Virus record (IMG/VR): IMGVR_UViG_3300028034_000051
Location: 1 to 64,000 of that record
Source of the DNA: a virus
Length of the DNA: 64,000 bases
Reading direction: 5' to 3' (one strand)
Shown here: piece by piece, positions 19,037 through 28,916 of the stretch
Layout: each line of letters opens with the position of its first letter
Position numbering within the stretch: the stretch's first letter is position 1
The notes under the pieces: generated by a model
The model's input: the letters and a program-made list of their open reading frames with translations, nothing else
The model's database searches: none
What the model was told of the DNA's origin: nothing
Position numbers and translations under genes: made by a program

Positions 19037-19182
19037 TAATTTTCACCTGCCCTTAACCAACCAAAAGCCATAAAAATAACCCCGGCTACTGTTAAGCACA
19101 AAGCGGGGCTAAATAACCATAATCCAGTTGTAGTGAGTGTCGTTCCGCTAAAAAATAGAATATCATTGCTATCTACATTCAC
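19036..19182 (-). CDS. Small membrane protein (48 aa) between terminase and portal, absent from ORF track
   Basis: RBS AAGGAG, GTG start, two hydrophobic segments, stop overlaps portal ATG. Confidence 0.65.
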   Translation of the reverse strand: MNVDSNDILFFSGTTLTTTGLWLFSPALCLTVAGVIFMAFGWLRAGEN

Positions 19183-19199
19183 AATGTGACCACTCCTTT

Positions 19200-20870
19200 C
19201 TAAAGAGTTATAATTCCTCTTTCCTCATACACCGACTTACCATCACCTTCATTTCTAATTGCTCTATCTATTGCCATAATCAAAGCTACAATTCCATCTA
19301 TTCTTTCTTTCGATTTAGCTTTATCTGGTTTGATGTTTTCGCTTGGGTCAGTCTTAGCTACTACGTTATCTGCCATCCATCTTAGAACTGGATGACCAAA
19401 ATGGATTAATTTCTTCTCAAGAATCAACTTTTCAACTTCTTTCATTGGTTCAGACATGCTTTTGTAGCCCTGACCCATTGGAACCATCAACAGACCTGCA
19501 TCATCTAAGTTTTGAGCTAATTGAGTAGCTCCCCATCTATCATGAGCAACTTCTTTAATATCATAATTGGTATAATCATCTATAATCATATTCTCAATAG
19601 CTGCATAATGGACCACATTCCCTTCAGTAGCATTAACATATCCTTTTTCTGCCCAGATGTTATAAGGAACACCATCTTCTTGACTTCTTTCCTGAATAGT
19701 GTCTTCTGGGATGAAGAATTCAGGTATAATAATATACTTATCATCTACTGGAAATACTTTTAAGTATGCAGTTATATCAATTTTACTAGATAAGTCAAGA
19801 CCAGTATAACAATAATCGCCTTCTAGCTCTTTTTTTACTCTCTCAAAGTCAGACATATCATAACCAGCTGATTCATCCCAGTGCTTCATATCCATCCATC
19901 TTGATTCGGCATTAGTCCAAACATTAAGTCGCTTACAGATTATCCTGTTACGTTGAGCAGGCATCCTTTTAGCTTTATTAATTCTTCTACGAATATTATC
20001 TTTCTTAACAGACACATCTAAGTTAGGATTAGCCTTAACCCAATTACTTTCGTCTTGCCAGTCGTCTTCTTCATCAAGTTCTGCAATATAAGCAAATTGA
20101 CTATCGTCTTTAAAGTCCTTTTTCTTAGGATCAAGCATATCTATACAGTAATTACGGTATTTATAGCAAAAAGACTCCTGGTTAAACCCAGCAGTCGTTA
20201 TCGCAATCATTAAAGGTTGCCTTCTTGATCCAGTACCATCGTCTAGTACATCCCAAATACCACTATCAGGATGAGCATGTAACTCATCGACAAGGCCCAT
20301 ATGAATATTCTTACCATCGAGGCTGTCGTAGTCAGATGAAAGTGGCTCAAATTTAGAAAAACTCTCTACATGAGAGAGATTGTTTTTATATGTGTCAATA
20401 TTATTGATATAATCAGATTTTTGTGCCATTCTTTTGGCTGGAGCGAATATCTCCTTAGCCTGATCACGAGTTGTAGCTGCTGAATATATCTCAGCACCTG
20501 GTTCATTATCAAAACACATTCCATAAAGCCCTATTGGAGCCATCAATGTAGTTTTACCATTCTTTCTAGCTACTTCAATATATCCTTCACGATATTTTCT
20601 AGTACCATCTTCTCTTTTCCAACCAAAAAGACTGCCTACAATAAACTGCTGCCAATCTTCAAGTATAATAGGATTACCAGCCAACTCACCTTTAACGTGA
20701 GGAGTTAATTTATAGAAATTGATTATTCTAGTAGCTGCTTGCTCATCAAAATATACATCATTACGCTTTAGGTCATCCAGGTGTCTTTGGCAAGCCCATT
20801 TTACTTTCTTGCCAGTTACTATTTCTCCTGCAACTACTGCTTCAGCATAATCATGAACTGGATGTGCCAT
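19200..20870 (-). CDS. terL: Terminase large subunit
   Basis: VARKNGKT Walker A, VDELH Walker B, GLDLS and RIDGIVA nuclease motifs. Confidence 0.95.
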   Translation of the reverse strand: MAHPVHDYAEAVVAGEIVTGKKVKWACQRHLDDLKRNDVYFDEQAATRIINFYKLTPHVKGELAGNPIILEDWQQFIVGSLFGWKREDGTRKYREGYIEVARKNGKTTLMAPIGLYGMCFDNEPGAEIYSAATTRDQAKEIFAPAKRMAQKSDYINNIDTYKNNLSHVESFSKFEPLSSDYDSLDGKNIHMGLVDELHAHPDSGIWDVLDDGTGSRRQPLMIAITTAGFNQESFCYKYRNYCIDMLDPKKKDFKDDSQFAYIAELDEEDDWQDESNWVKANPNLDVSVKKDNIRRRINKAKRMPAQRNRIICKRLNVWTNAESRWMDMKHWDESAGYDMSDFERVKKELEGDYCYTGLDLSSKIDITAYLKVFPVDDKYIIIPEFFIPEDTIQERSQEDGVPYNIWAEKGYVNATEGNVVHYAAIENMIIDDYTNYDIKEVAHDRWGATQLAQNLDDAGLLMVPMGQGYKSMSEPMKEVEKLILEKKLIHFGHPVLRWMADNVVAKTDPSENIKPDKAKSKERIDGIVALIMAIDRAIRNEGDGKSVYEERGIITL

Positions 20871-21333
20871 TTAGAATCTCCTCAATTGTCGGTTTATCGT
20901 CTTCTGGTTGTTCTACCTCAATTTTAGTTCTAGCTGCAGGAGTTAAACCAAGAACATTAGCCAGTTTTCTTTTTAAATCTATAAAATCTTTAAGAATACT
21001 CACTATTGGTCTCTTTTGGTAGTAACCACTATCGGTAACAAATTCATAACTACCTTCTCTTATCTTCTTATTAAGTCTAATGCAATGAGCATGAGCTTCA
21101 CAATAATCTTGGAATGTAGATATATCTGCTTCTGTAAGCAACCCAACCTCCACAAGGTGTGGTGCTACTCTCTTCCATTCTTTCTTTGCATAGTAGTCCA
21201 GATAGTATGGAGGATCAGGAATTTTTTTGAGTCCCTTAGGTTTTGGTTCATTTTCATTCATCCGATCCTTCCTGTCAGTTCCGTTTAACACCTTGAGCTT
21301 ACTAGGCTTGTTTGGTCTTCCTTTGTTGCTCAT
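20851..21333 (-). CDS. terS: Terminase small subunit, P27 family (ATG at 21333)
   Basis: GRPNKP, AKKEW, LGLTPAAR motifs; RBS AAGGAGG. Confidence 0.88.
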   Translation of the reverse strand: MSNKGRPNKPSKLKVLNGTDRKDRMNENEPKPKGLKKIPDPPYYLDYYAKKEWKRVAPHLVEVGLLTEADISTFQDYCEAHAHCIRLNKKIREGSYEFVTDSGYYQKRPIVSILKDFIDLKRKLANVLGLTPAARTKIEVEQPEDDKPTIEEILNGTSSS

Positions 21334-21374
21334 TTTTCCTAACCCCCCTCCTTTATTTTTGACATCGTATGAAT

Positions 21375-21435
21375 TCACCTGACGGCGCGGTCTAGAAACG
21401 CCAGGTTTCAGAGATTTGACCCGCCCTCCCCATAC
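21375..21435. other. Probable cos/packaging site region
   Basis: GC-rich GGGGAGGGCGGGTCAAATCTCTG..ACCGCGCC between HNH and terS, the usual cos position in HK97-like phages; exact cut site not determinable. Confidence 0.45.
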
Positions 21436-21821
21436 TATAAACAATCATACTTTTGCTTATCTTTCTCAGTCTTCTTAGCATGGCAACTGCAGCACAATGA
21501 TTGCAAGTTATCTAATCTTAACCTCAGCGACCAGTCAACCTTGATCGGAACAATGTGGTCCACCAAATCTGCTGGCTTAGTTATTCCTTCTTGCAAGCAA
21601 TGCTCACACAGTGGATCCTGCTTAATCTTTTTTCGTCTTACTTTCTGCCATCGAGCTGAACTATAGAACTTCTTTATCTTTGGATTCCGTTGCTGATCAT
21701 CATATCTTTTGTTTCTTATGCGACTCTCCTTCTTTCTATGATCTTCACAATATGTATTTCCAGCTTCTATTAATTCAGGACATCCAGGATGAGCACATGG
21801 TTTCTTACTTCTGCTTGGCAT
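21435..21821 (-). CDS. Terminase-associated HNH endonuclease
   Basis: PLCEHC, VDHIVP, NLQSLCCSCH. Confidence 0.92.
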   Translation of the reverse strand: MPSRSKKPCAHPGCPELIEAGNTYCEDHRKKESRIRNKRYDDQQRNPKIKKFYSSARWQKVRRKKIKQDPLCEHCLQEGITKPADLVDHIVPIKVDWSLRLRLDNLQSLCCSCHAKKTEKDKQKYDCL

Positions 21822-22027
21822 TTAATCACCCACTTTTATGCTCCATAGTTATCATTAGTGCATAATAAAAATATAAAAAACTATATCTGATATCTATATA
21901 GATTACATGTAAGTATAGTGTAAATACAAAAGCTCCACCAGGAGGCCGTGCCACTCCTGATGAAGCTTAATCAGATATTGAAATATTCTCTTATTATATA
22001 TAGTATCATAGATTGTAAATACTTTTG

Positions 22028-22057
22028 CACAAATTCACCACAAATTCACCACAAATT
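22028..22057. promoter_or_regulatory. 11-bp tandem repeats (CACAAATTCAC x~2.7), putative late-activator binding site
   Basis: Directly downstream of the ArpU/RinA-like gene and upstream of the packaging operon. Confidence 0.55.
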
Positions 22058-22506
22058 TAGTCTATTTCAATTTCTAAGATGCCAACTTTCTTTAATTTCA
22101 TAAATATCTCATTCTTCCAATTCCCTATTGTATTTTCAGATACCTCCATCTTGCAACCTGTCTTTAAGTCAGTTTCTCCCTCAAAATATTTATACCTTAC
22201 TACTTTCATTTCTCGTTTATTTAAACACTCCAATGCAGCTGCAATTATGTCTCTTTTTTTTATTAGATTAACAACTTCTTGCTTGACCTCTTCTTTATTC
22301 GTTACATAGCTTTCTACATCTGAAAATATCGCGTTAGTATTTCCACCTGAAACCTTTTTAAAATCTACAGCCTGTAGTGCATACTCTTTATGAGAATCAA
22401 TTATTTTAATCTTTATCTTACTTTTTAACTGAGGATATTCTTCCAAAAGTGCTTTTATCTTAGCTCTTTCATCATCAGTAACTTTGCCAACATCTATCTC
22501 AGTCAT
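22057..22506 (-). CDS. Late transcriptional regulator (ArpU/RinA-like, sigma region 4-type HTH)
   Basis: ALECLNKREMKVVRYKY C-terminal HTH; last gene before packaging module. Confidence 0.75.
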   Translation of the reverse strand: MTEIDVGKVTDDERAKIKALLEEYPQLKSKIKIKIIDSHKEYALQAVDFKKVSGGNTNAIFSDVESYVTNKEEVKQEVVNLIKKRDIIAAALECLNKREMKVVRYKYFEGETDLKTGCKMEVSENTIGNWKNEIFMKLKKVGILEIEID

Positions 22507-22832
22507 TACAGCTGCACTCCCTTCCTCTCCCTCATTAGATTTGCTATCTTTCGCTTCTCATAATCGAACTCCTGCTCCATAACTATCTCCAGTTCTCCCA
22601 TCTTCCACGCTAGGCCACATTCCTCACACCTAGCTAATGGATTATCTCCTCTTAGCTTCAGCGACTCTGTCTCACACATAGGACACTCGATCATCAACGG
22701 ATCACAATACTCAACCTCTAGCATTCTGCAAATATTACGGATCACTCGGCTATATCTACCCAATCTCCTCACCTCCAAAAAGAAAAGCTGCCACTCCTGG
22801 TGCAGGAATGACAGCCTGGGTTCTTCCCTCAA
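22506..22832 (-). CDS. Zinc-ribbon protein
   Basis: CPMC..CEEC. Confidence 0.5.
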   Translation of the reverse strand: MREEPRLSFLHQEWQLFFLEVRRLGRYSRVIRNICRMLEVEYCDPLMIECPMCETESLKLRGDNPLARCEECGLAWKMGELEIVMEQEFDYEKRKIANLMRERKGVQL

Positions 22833-22969
22833 CTGCTTAGCCGTTTTCTATTTTGCGTTACTATGTCTATCACCTTTCCATCTTTGATTATCAGCCTGAC
22901 TTCTCCATAATCAACATCATCAGCTTCCTTAATTACTTCTTCTACTACTTCTTGAGTTATCTCTGCCAT
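22829..22969 (-). CDS. YezD/DUF2292-like small protein (46 aa), absent from ORF track
   Basis: RBS GGAGG; DYGEVRLIIKDGKVIDI motif. Confidence 0.6.
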   Translation of the reverse strand: MAEITQEVVEEVIKEADDVDYGEVRLIIKDGKVIDIVTQNRKRLSS

Positions 22970-23114
22970 GCCTCGACCTCCTCAGTCATGATTATATCCA
23001 CATTTTACTTTATCGCATTTCTTACAATTACCTGGTATTTCTCGACCTCGAAACTGCTTACATAACTCTTTCTTACTAGGTACTCTTAAGTTACCTCTAT
23101 TCCAAACAGGCTCT

Positions 23115-23660
23115 TCACACAATATCAATCATCCTCTCTACTACCTCCAAGTAATCTATTAATACTAATCCTGTTCCCTGCTTAATCTCATATTCATCTT
23201 TAGCTATCTCCTCATACGGAATGCTCTTTCGACCGCCTTGGAGCTTTCCTTGCCAGTACTTATCTAACAACTCAAATGGCAAGTAATAAAATTCATCTAA
23301 ACTACTAAACCAAACAATTAAGAATCCAATACCACCGTTGGCCGTCCAACTAGCCAAATGCAAATATTGATGATCTTTCACGTTCTTAAGATCAAATCTA
23401 GTCTCTACCTTAGTCTCTTTCGCATCAAAAGCTATTGGAATTCCTTTGTGAATTCCTATGTAATCCACCGTCGACTTCTTTTCATAAAATCCTGTTACCT
23501 TTCCTGTTCGCTTGTTAATGCTCAATACTTTCACTGGAGTAGCAATCTTCTGCACCAAGGCTTGACCCTGGCGCAGATATTGCTGATTTGTCTGCTCTAT
23601 CATATCTTCTAAGTCTTGACCTCTGTTGGCGTAACTGGTGAATCTAGTCATATTACTCAC
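23115..23660 (-). CDS. recU: Holliday junction resolvase RecU
   Basis: ANRG..LE, KSTVDYIG, FDAKET, HQ motifs. Confidence 0.92.
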   Translation of the reverse strand: MSNMTRFTSYANRGQDLEDMIEQTNQQYLRQGQALVQKIATPVKVLSINKRTGKVTGFYEKKSTVDYIGIHKGIPIAFDAKETKVETRFDLKNVKDHQYLHLASWTANGGIGFLIVWFSSLDEFYYLPFELLDKYWQGKLQGGRKSIPYEEIAKDEYEIKQGTGLVLIDYLEVVERMIDIV

Positions 23661-24213
23661 CAGAAACCTGAGGAAAATTCATTCTTGTCTGCAAAATAGA
23701 ATTTTCTATTCTCTCTAAGTCTTTTCTCCAAGCTCCATACTCACGCATATTATCAACATTAACTTTCACATCATAGTCATAAATCTTAATGTCATAATCA
23801 CATATCTCTCTTTGAGCTTCTTCTGCTTCTGTTTGCCCTTTAACTCGCTTCCCATTACTTAGCAAAAAGTAATTGTCAGCTAATCTTCGAGGAAATTCAT
23901 CTGCTAATTCTTTCTCTTCTAATTCAATAGTCCTAAAGACATCATCAATAATAGCTTCTTGAGTATGAGGATCTTCAACAGCTGCCCATATGTTTTCAGC
24001 CACAGTAACTATTAAGTCAAACTCTATGAAGTTTTCATACTTACCAGGTACTTTGTTAGCTTCAGCAAAAATAGTTCTACCTTTAGAATTTCTAGCCTTG
24101 TCTATGAACTGATAGCCAATTTTGATATTAGCCAACTTAGGATGATGCTTCTTAATTACTTCCTTAGCCACTTCCTCTATGTGCTCTGCTCCTTCTTTGA
24201 TGTAATTAGCCAC
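23653..24213 (-). CDS. Phage metallopeptidase-like protein lacking HExxH
   Basis: HHPKLANIKIGY, DLIVTV..W; AIIDDVF where homologs usually carry HEL. Confidence 0.5.
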   Translation of the reverse strand: MANYIKEGAEHIEEVAKEVIKKHHPKLANIKIGYQFIDKARNSKGRTIFAEANKVPGKYENFIEFDLIVTVAENIWAAVEDPHTQEAIIDDVFRTIELEEKELADEFPRRLADNYFLLSNGKRVKGQTEAEEAQREICDYDIKIYDYDVKVNVDNMREYGAWRKDLERIENSILQTRMNFPQVSGE

Positions 24214-24450
24214 CTATATCTCCTCCTTGTAGTAATAAATCCCTAAACAACCTAACTGTAACCTTTTTAACTGTTCATCTGTGCAATGCGCCCTTCCTTC
24301 GGTATTATCGCTTTGACAATAAGGACAAGTAATATCTACTTCTTTTGATAGATCTAAACCTGTTATAAAATCCCTATCACAATCTAAGCATTTATACTTT
24401 TCTAAGTTATCCTGAAACTTATTTTCTGGATATTCGCATTGGATAGACAC
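24214..24450 (-). CDS. Zinc-ribbon protein
   Basis: CLDC..CPYC. Confidence 0.55.
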   Translation of the reverse strand: MSIQCEYPENKFQDNLEKYKCLDCDRDFITGLDLSKEVDITCPYCQSDNTEGRAHCTDEQLKRLQLGCLGIYYYKEEI

Positions 24451-24457
24451 TTAGCCA

Positions 24458-24781
24458 TCACCTCTCCTCTAGAAAGTCAACATCCACCTTAATAATGCTT
24501 CCTTTTAGATTTGCTACTCCATCCCAATAATGATCTTTTAAATTAATATTATCTAATCCATTAATTGTTGATATTACAAGCATATTCTGTGCTATATTCT
24601 CTTCTTTGACTACCATATACTGCTCCTTGGCTTTCTCCTTAACTTCGTTATCTACATTAACTAAAGCCGTAACTACAACTTTTGCTTTAATTAGATTTTT
24701 ATTTTGACAATCAGGGCACATCCCATCATTCATATCAAAATCATCAACAGATTCTCCACAAATCCTGCAAAATCTAAGCAC
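24458..24781 (-). CDS. Hypothetical protein with N-terminal Zn finger
   Basis: CRIC..CPDC; strong RBS. Confidence 0.55.
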   Translation of the reverse strand: MLRFCRICGESVDDFDMNDGMCPDCQNKNLIKAKVVVTALVNVDNEVKEKAKEQYMVVKEENIAQNMLVISTINGLDNINLKDHYWDGVANLKGSIIKVDVDFLEER

Positions 24782-24794
24782 TTATATCTCCTCC

Positions 24795-24884
24795 TTGACT
24801 TTTCTTTAGCTGCAATATAAAATAAATACGTCTTTTATTTCTGTATTGGCGGTAGTGAGTTAGTGGCTCACCACCGCTTTTTTT
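24795..24884 (+). promoter_or_regulatory. Antisense sigmaA promoter and intrinsic terminator (short transcript)
   Basis: TTGACT-17-TAAAAT (24795..24823) then hairpin GCGGTAGTGAG/CTCACCACCGC and T run. Confidence 0.55.
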
Positions 24885-25123
24885 TATGCTGAAATATCTT
24901 CTGAACAATCTTGGCATATAATTTTACCTTTGAATTCAATTGTATCTCCAGCTTCACCACAGAAAATACAAGCCGGCTCATACTTATTAAAAATTATCTT
25001 ATCTCCATCTACATAAATCTCAAGCGCGTCACCTTCATCAATATTCATTGTTCTTCTTAACTCTACTGGAATCACTATCCTCCCTAAATTGTCTACCTTT
25101 CTTACAACACCTGTACTCTTCAT
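24884..25123 (-). CDS. abrB: AbrB-family transition-state regulator
   Basis: MKSTGVVRKVDNLGRIVIPVELRR and C-terminal CIFCG..ICQDC. Confidence 0.92.
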   Translation of the reverse strand: MKSTGVVRKVDNLGRIVIPVELRRTMNIDEGDALEIYVDGDKIIFNKYEPACIFCGEAGDTIEFKGKIICQDCSEDISA

Positions 25124-25230
25124 AATTAATCATCCTCCTATTTTGAATAATATGTACAAAATAAACATTACAATTGCCGGTCCTGTCATAAACACTGCAA
25201 AACACTTCAGCAACTTCATTTTTTTGCTCC

Positions 25231-26052
25231 TCAATTAACATAATCTCTAATATACTTCATCCTGGCTGGATGTCTCAATTTCCTGAACGCCAACTCCTGC
25301 AATTGTCCAATTCTTCCCCTGGTCACTCCAATAACTTTACCAACTTCTTTCAAAGTTCTTTGTCTACCATCTATCAGTCCAAATCTCAATCTAACTATCT
25401 CAGCTTGTCTATCCGGAAGAGTCTCTAATGCTTTGTCTAAGCTCTCTTTGATCAACTCATGTAAAAGATTAGAGAATGGATCTTCAACATTTTCATTGGC
25501 TATAAATTGACCAAACTCTGTCTCTTCATCGCTTCCAACTAATTTATTCAAAGAAGCAAGGTTTTGGTTGTATGCTACTTCTAGCATTTCTTTGACTTTC
25601 TCTGGCTTCAATTCTACTTTAGCTGCTATCTCTTCATTCGTTGGCTCTCGATTCAATTCATTATAGAGTTTATCTTTAGCCTTGAATAACTTTATCATTT
25701 TCTGGTGAACGTGATTTGGTACTCTAATCGTTCTGCTCTTATCTTCAATAGCTCGAGTTATCCCTTGTCTAATCCACCAGGTAGCATATGTACTGAATCG
25801 ATACCCTTTCTCTGGGTCGAATTTGTCTATAGCTTTCATAAGTCCTAAATTGCCTTCTTGAATTAGGTCCTGCAATTCTAATCCTTTACCTTGATATTTC
25901 TTAGCTGTACTGACTACTAACCGCAAGTTATGCTCAATCAGTTCTTTTCTAGCTTCCTGATCACCATCTTTAGCCTGTCTTGCTAACTCTATCTCTTCTT
26001 CCTTCGATAGAATATCGTGCGATGCTTCTCGATAATACTGTCCTAGACTCAT
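25231..26052 (-). CDS. RpoD/SigA-like sigma factor (regions 1.2-4)
   Basis: [44 protein letters not shown]. Confidence 0.93.
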   Translation of the reverse strand: MSLGQYYREASHDILSKEEEIELARQAKDGDQEARKELIEHNLRLVVSTAKKYQGKGLELQDLIQEGNLGLMKAIDKFDPEKGYRFSTYATWWIRQGITRAIEDKSRTIRVPNHVHQKMIKLFKAKDKLYNELNREPTNEEIAAKVELKPEKVKEMLEVAYNQNLASLNKLVGSDEETEFGQFIANENVEDPFSNLLHELIKESLDKALETLPDRQAEIVRLRFGLIDGRQRTLKEVGKVIGVTRGRIGQLQELAFRKLRHPARMKYIRDYVN

Positions 26053-26138
26053 TATTCATCCTCCTTCTCAATTCTCTAGTTCCCCATACTCTAACTGCTA
26101 CTACTTCACCAGGTGCTAACTTATCTCTTCTATCTGGG

Positions 26139-26603
26139 TCATGCATTTTCATTCGACCACTCCTTTCTGCGCCTGGCTAACTTCTCCTCATGCTCCTGGA
26201 GGAAGCGGTCAACTAACTCGCGCCTGTGATTCTTGTTACCTCGGTCATTAGCACAAATCAAACCATAAAACATATCTAACACTTCACCAATGAAGTAATT
26301 ACAAACTATTATATTTATATGGACATCATCAAACCTTTTTACTCTACTATGGAAGAACCTATAACTTAAGTTCAGTTTTCCTACACTAAATGAGGTATTA
26401 TTGACATAAGAAACATCAACTGGTATTGACCTGACCATATCCTTATATCCAACTACTGTCTGAGCTAAATCTAGCAATTCATGACACCTATCCTGCCAAT
26501 TATCTGCTTCCAATACTTCTTGCTGTTCCTCTTCTATTTTGTCTATTTGAGTTTCTCTAGTTCTCCAAGGTTCATAAGTTGGTACTAGTTTGATTTCTAT
26601 CAT
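26139..26603 (-). CDS. MazG-like all-alpha NTP pyrophosphatase domain protein
   Basis: KIEEEQQEV..ELLD (EExxE..ExxD). Confidence 0.45.
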   Translation of the reverse strand: MIEIKLVPTYEPWRTRETQIDKIEEEQQEVLEADNWQDRCHELLDLAQTVVGYKDMVRSIPVDVSYVNNTSFSVGKLNLSYRFFHSRVKRFDDVHINIIVCNYFIGEVLDMFYGLICANDRGNKNHRRELVDRFLQEHEEKLARRRKEWSNENA

Positions 26604-27376
26604 TCTGCATCACCTACCTCAGGAAACTCTTGAATCTTCTCCTGCCAATCTAGATTATCTTTAACAAATACTGGACCGTTATAATTTCTAAACACTTGAT
26701 CAACCCACCATCTTTCAGGTTTTCTTGCTCCTGGTCCAGTTTGAGCCCCAATAATAACCCAGTTAAACGGAGCTAAAGTTATATGATCTTCTACATTCCC
26801 TAACAATGGTTCAATTGAAAGAAATTTTACATTAGCTTTAACATAATACATAATGTCGGTTCTTTCCATATCTGCTTTAAAATCGGTACCATCTACACTA
26901 GTTCCTAACCAGCAGTTACTAGGTATATCAAAATCACAATATCGTCTAGGATTCTTAGTTAACAGCTGGAACGTGTGCTGATCTGCTTGTCTAATTACAT
27001 CCAAGACTTTCTCTATCCATTCATCTGGCACCCATTCACCGAACATATCTGCCATTGATCCAACGAATATTTTTACTGGCTTACTTCTTTCTAACGGTTC
27101 ATTAAGTCTATATCTGTGAAGTGTTGGCTCGAATCCGAAAGGATGAGCAGTTTTTCTCAAATCTCCATCATGTATATGACTATCTATATCCCATATTCGG
27201 CCATATTCAGTTGGAACAGAACACCTTTTACGATTGAATTCTTTACATTTTTTGCGATCATATTCTGACAAAAACCTATGAGCTATCTTTCGTGCATAAC
27301 AATATTCGCAATCATGATAACAACCTGTGATCGGATTCCAAGTGAAGTCAGTCCACTCTATTCCTGTTCTGTTCAC
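26600..27376 (-). CDS. DUF5131 (Gp37/Gp68) radical-SAM-like phage protein
   Basis: IEWTDFTWNPITGCYHDCEYCYA, IFVGSMADMF, FQLLTKNP, FLSIEPLL. Confidence 0.9.
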   Translation of the reverse strand: MNRTGIEWTDFTWNPITGCYHDCEYCYARKIAHRFLSEYDRKKCKEFNRKRCSVPTEYGRIWDIDSHIHDGDLRKTAHPFGFEPTLHRYRLNEPLERSKPVKIFVGSMADMFGEWVPDEWIEKVLDVIRQADQHTFQLLTKNPRRYCDFDIPSNCWLGTSVDGTDFKADMERTDIMYYVKANVKFLSIEPLLGNVEDHITLAPFNWVIIGAQTGPGARKPERWWVDQVFRNYNGPVFVKDNLDWQEKIQEFPEVGDAE

Positions 27377-27603
27377 TCTGCATCACCATCTTCAATATTA
27401 TAACTATGAACTACTCTATCCCTGTGATCAACCATAAAAACACACTCTCTCCAGCAGTCATTGCAACTCTTGAAGCTTTTCTCCGAGTAATCAAACTCTC
27501 TTACATCAATCTCTTTCTCACATACAACCACATTATCTTCGTTTTCGTGAGTCCATAGCACTGTTTTCTTCCTCCTTTTCTCCAAATGTTCCTTGCTTAT
27601 CAA
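27373..27603 (-). CDS. Hypothetical Cys-containing protein
   Basis: ORF in operon; start uncertain. Confidence 0.4.
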   Translation of the reverse strand: MISKEHLEKRRKKTVLWTHENEDNVVVCEKEIDVREFDYSEKSFKSCNDCWRECVFMVDHRDRVVHSYNIEDGDAE

Positions 27604-27883
27604 TCTCTTGCTCGGTTTGACTTACTATTCGCTCTATCTCACTTCTGGATAAGCCAAAGCTATTATTAAGCTTGTCTACTAATCGTTCTCGATCATACAC
27701 TCTACTCACCTCGCTATGTAATTTTGTTCTTTCTTATTCGCTCAAGTACATCAGTCTCTCCGGTCGTATCTAATTCGTGATTGGCAATTGAATATGTAAC
27801 TGGTTCCTTCATGAGTCTTAATGCAAATAGTGCAGCTGCAATAGTGATTATTGCCGCAATGATGATTAATACAATGAGCATGA

Positions 27884-28087
27884 TTATCCCTCCTTACAAT
27901 TGTCACAGAGCAAGCCGCCTTCGACTACTATTCTTCGGTCCTGGTCCAGACACCATGGAACTGATATTGACATTTGCTTATATCCGAAATGTTCACATCC
28001 ATCACTTCCCCGACACTTCGGACATATATCATAACCTGGAGCAGTTTGACAACCACATTCTCGACAAGTCTGATTAGGAGTAGTCAT
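27884..28087 (-). CDS. Cys-rich small protein
   Basis: Multiple CxxC; coupled to upstream gene. Confidence 0.5.
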   Translation of the reverse strand: MTTPNQTCRECGCQTAPGYDICPKCRGSDGCEHFGYKQMSISVPWCLDQDRRIVVEGGLLCDNCKEG

Positions 28088-28902
28088 TAGAACCTGTTCA
28101 GAATACTGACTAATTCTTCCTTAATCTCTTCAACTTCATGGCTCTTATTTGTTATATGACTTACTCCCTGGATTCTAGTTATCAGCTGACTAATTTGCTC
28201 TACATCATCAGTCTCCAGATCATCATCGAAAGCTACGAATACACCTTTTAGCTCGCTATTTTCTTCCTCAGTCTCTGAATCATTATCATCTTCAAATACT
28301 TCTGCTACTGCATCATGTATAGCTTTGTTGTCTTCTTGTGATAATTCTTTCTCTTGCTGGTCAACGTCTTCTGTTTCTTCTTCCTCAATACTAAAATTAG
28401 CATCTTCTAATTTCTCAATAACCTTGTCAACATCATATTTCTTTTTGATTTTAGATTCAGCATTCTTCTTTAAAGTGCAGCTATAAGAATCAGATATATC
28501 TAATTCAGCAGCTACTTCTTTGTAATGTTTCTCTTCGATGTTAGATTTAACAAAAGCCTTAAATTCCTTCTCATTCAAAATACTCTTAAGTTCTACAACC
28601 AACTCTTCCGTAGTCATCTTTTCCACTTTTCTCATCCTCCATTCTTTTAATAATTCTAAGTTTATTGAACCACCTTTTCTTAAATGTCCGAATTTAGTAT
28701 CGTCAAAAATTCCTGCCGGCGTATATGCTTTATCTTTAATCTTCTTTCTAATTTCTTTATATTCTGCAAATAACTTTTGCTTCTGTTCCTGGTCCAAGTC
28801 TCCTTTTTTGATATAATCATATAGTTGTTTTTTCTTTTCTACTAGCTTCAGTAGTGCAATATCATCATCTGTCAATTTGTTACCAACTAGTCTAACAGCC
28901 AC
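28087..28902 (-). CDS. Hypothetical protein with sigma region 4-like HTH
   Basis: LNEKEFKAF..HYKEVAAELDIS. Confidence 0.55.
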   Translation of the reverse strand: MAVRLVGNKLTDDDIALLKLVEKKKQLYDYIKKGDLDQEQKQKLFAEYKEIRKKIKDKAYTPAGIFDDTKFGHLRKGGSINLELLKEWRMRKVEKMTTEELVVELKSILNEKEFKAFVKSNIEEKHYKEVAAELDISDSYSCTLKKNAESKIKKKYDVDKVIEKLEDANFSIEEEETEDVDQQEKELSQEDNKAIHDAVAEVFEDDNDSETEEENSELKGVFVAFDDDLETDDVEQISQLITRIQGVSHITNKSHEVEEIKEELVSILNRF

Positions 28903-28916
28903 TACCTCACCTCCTC

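Noticed and set aside
21931-21967. Hairpin upstream of HNH as a novel ncRNA
   Set aside because: Adequately explained as a terminator-like stem in the late leader; no further evidence
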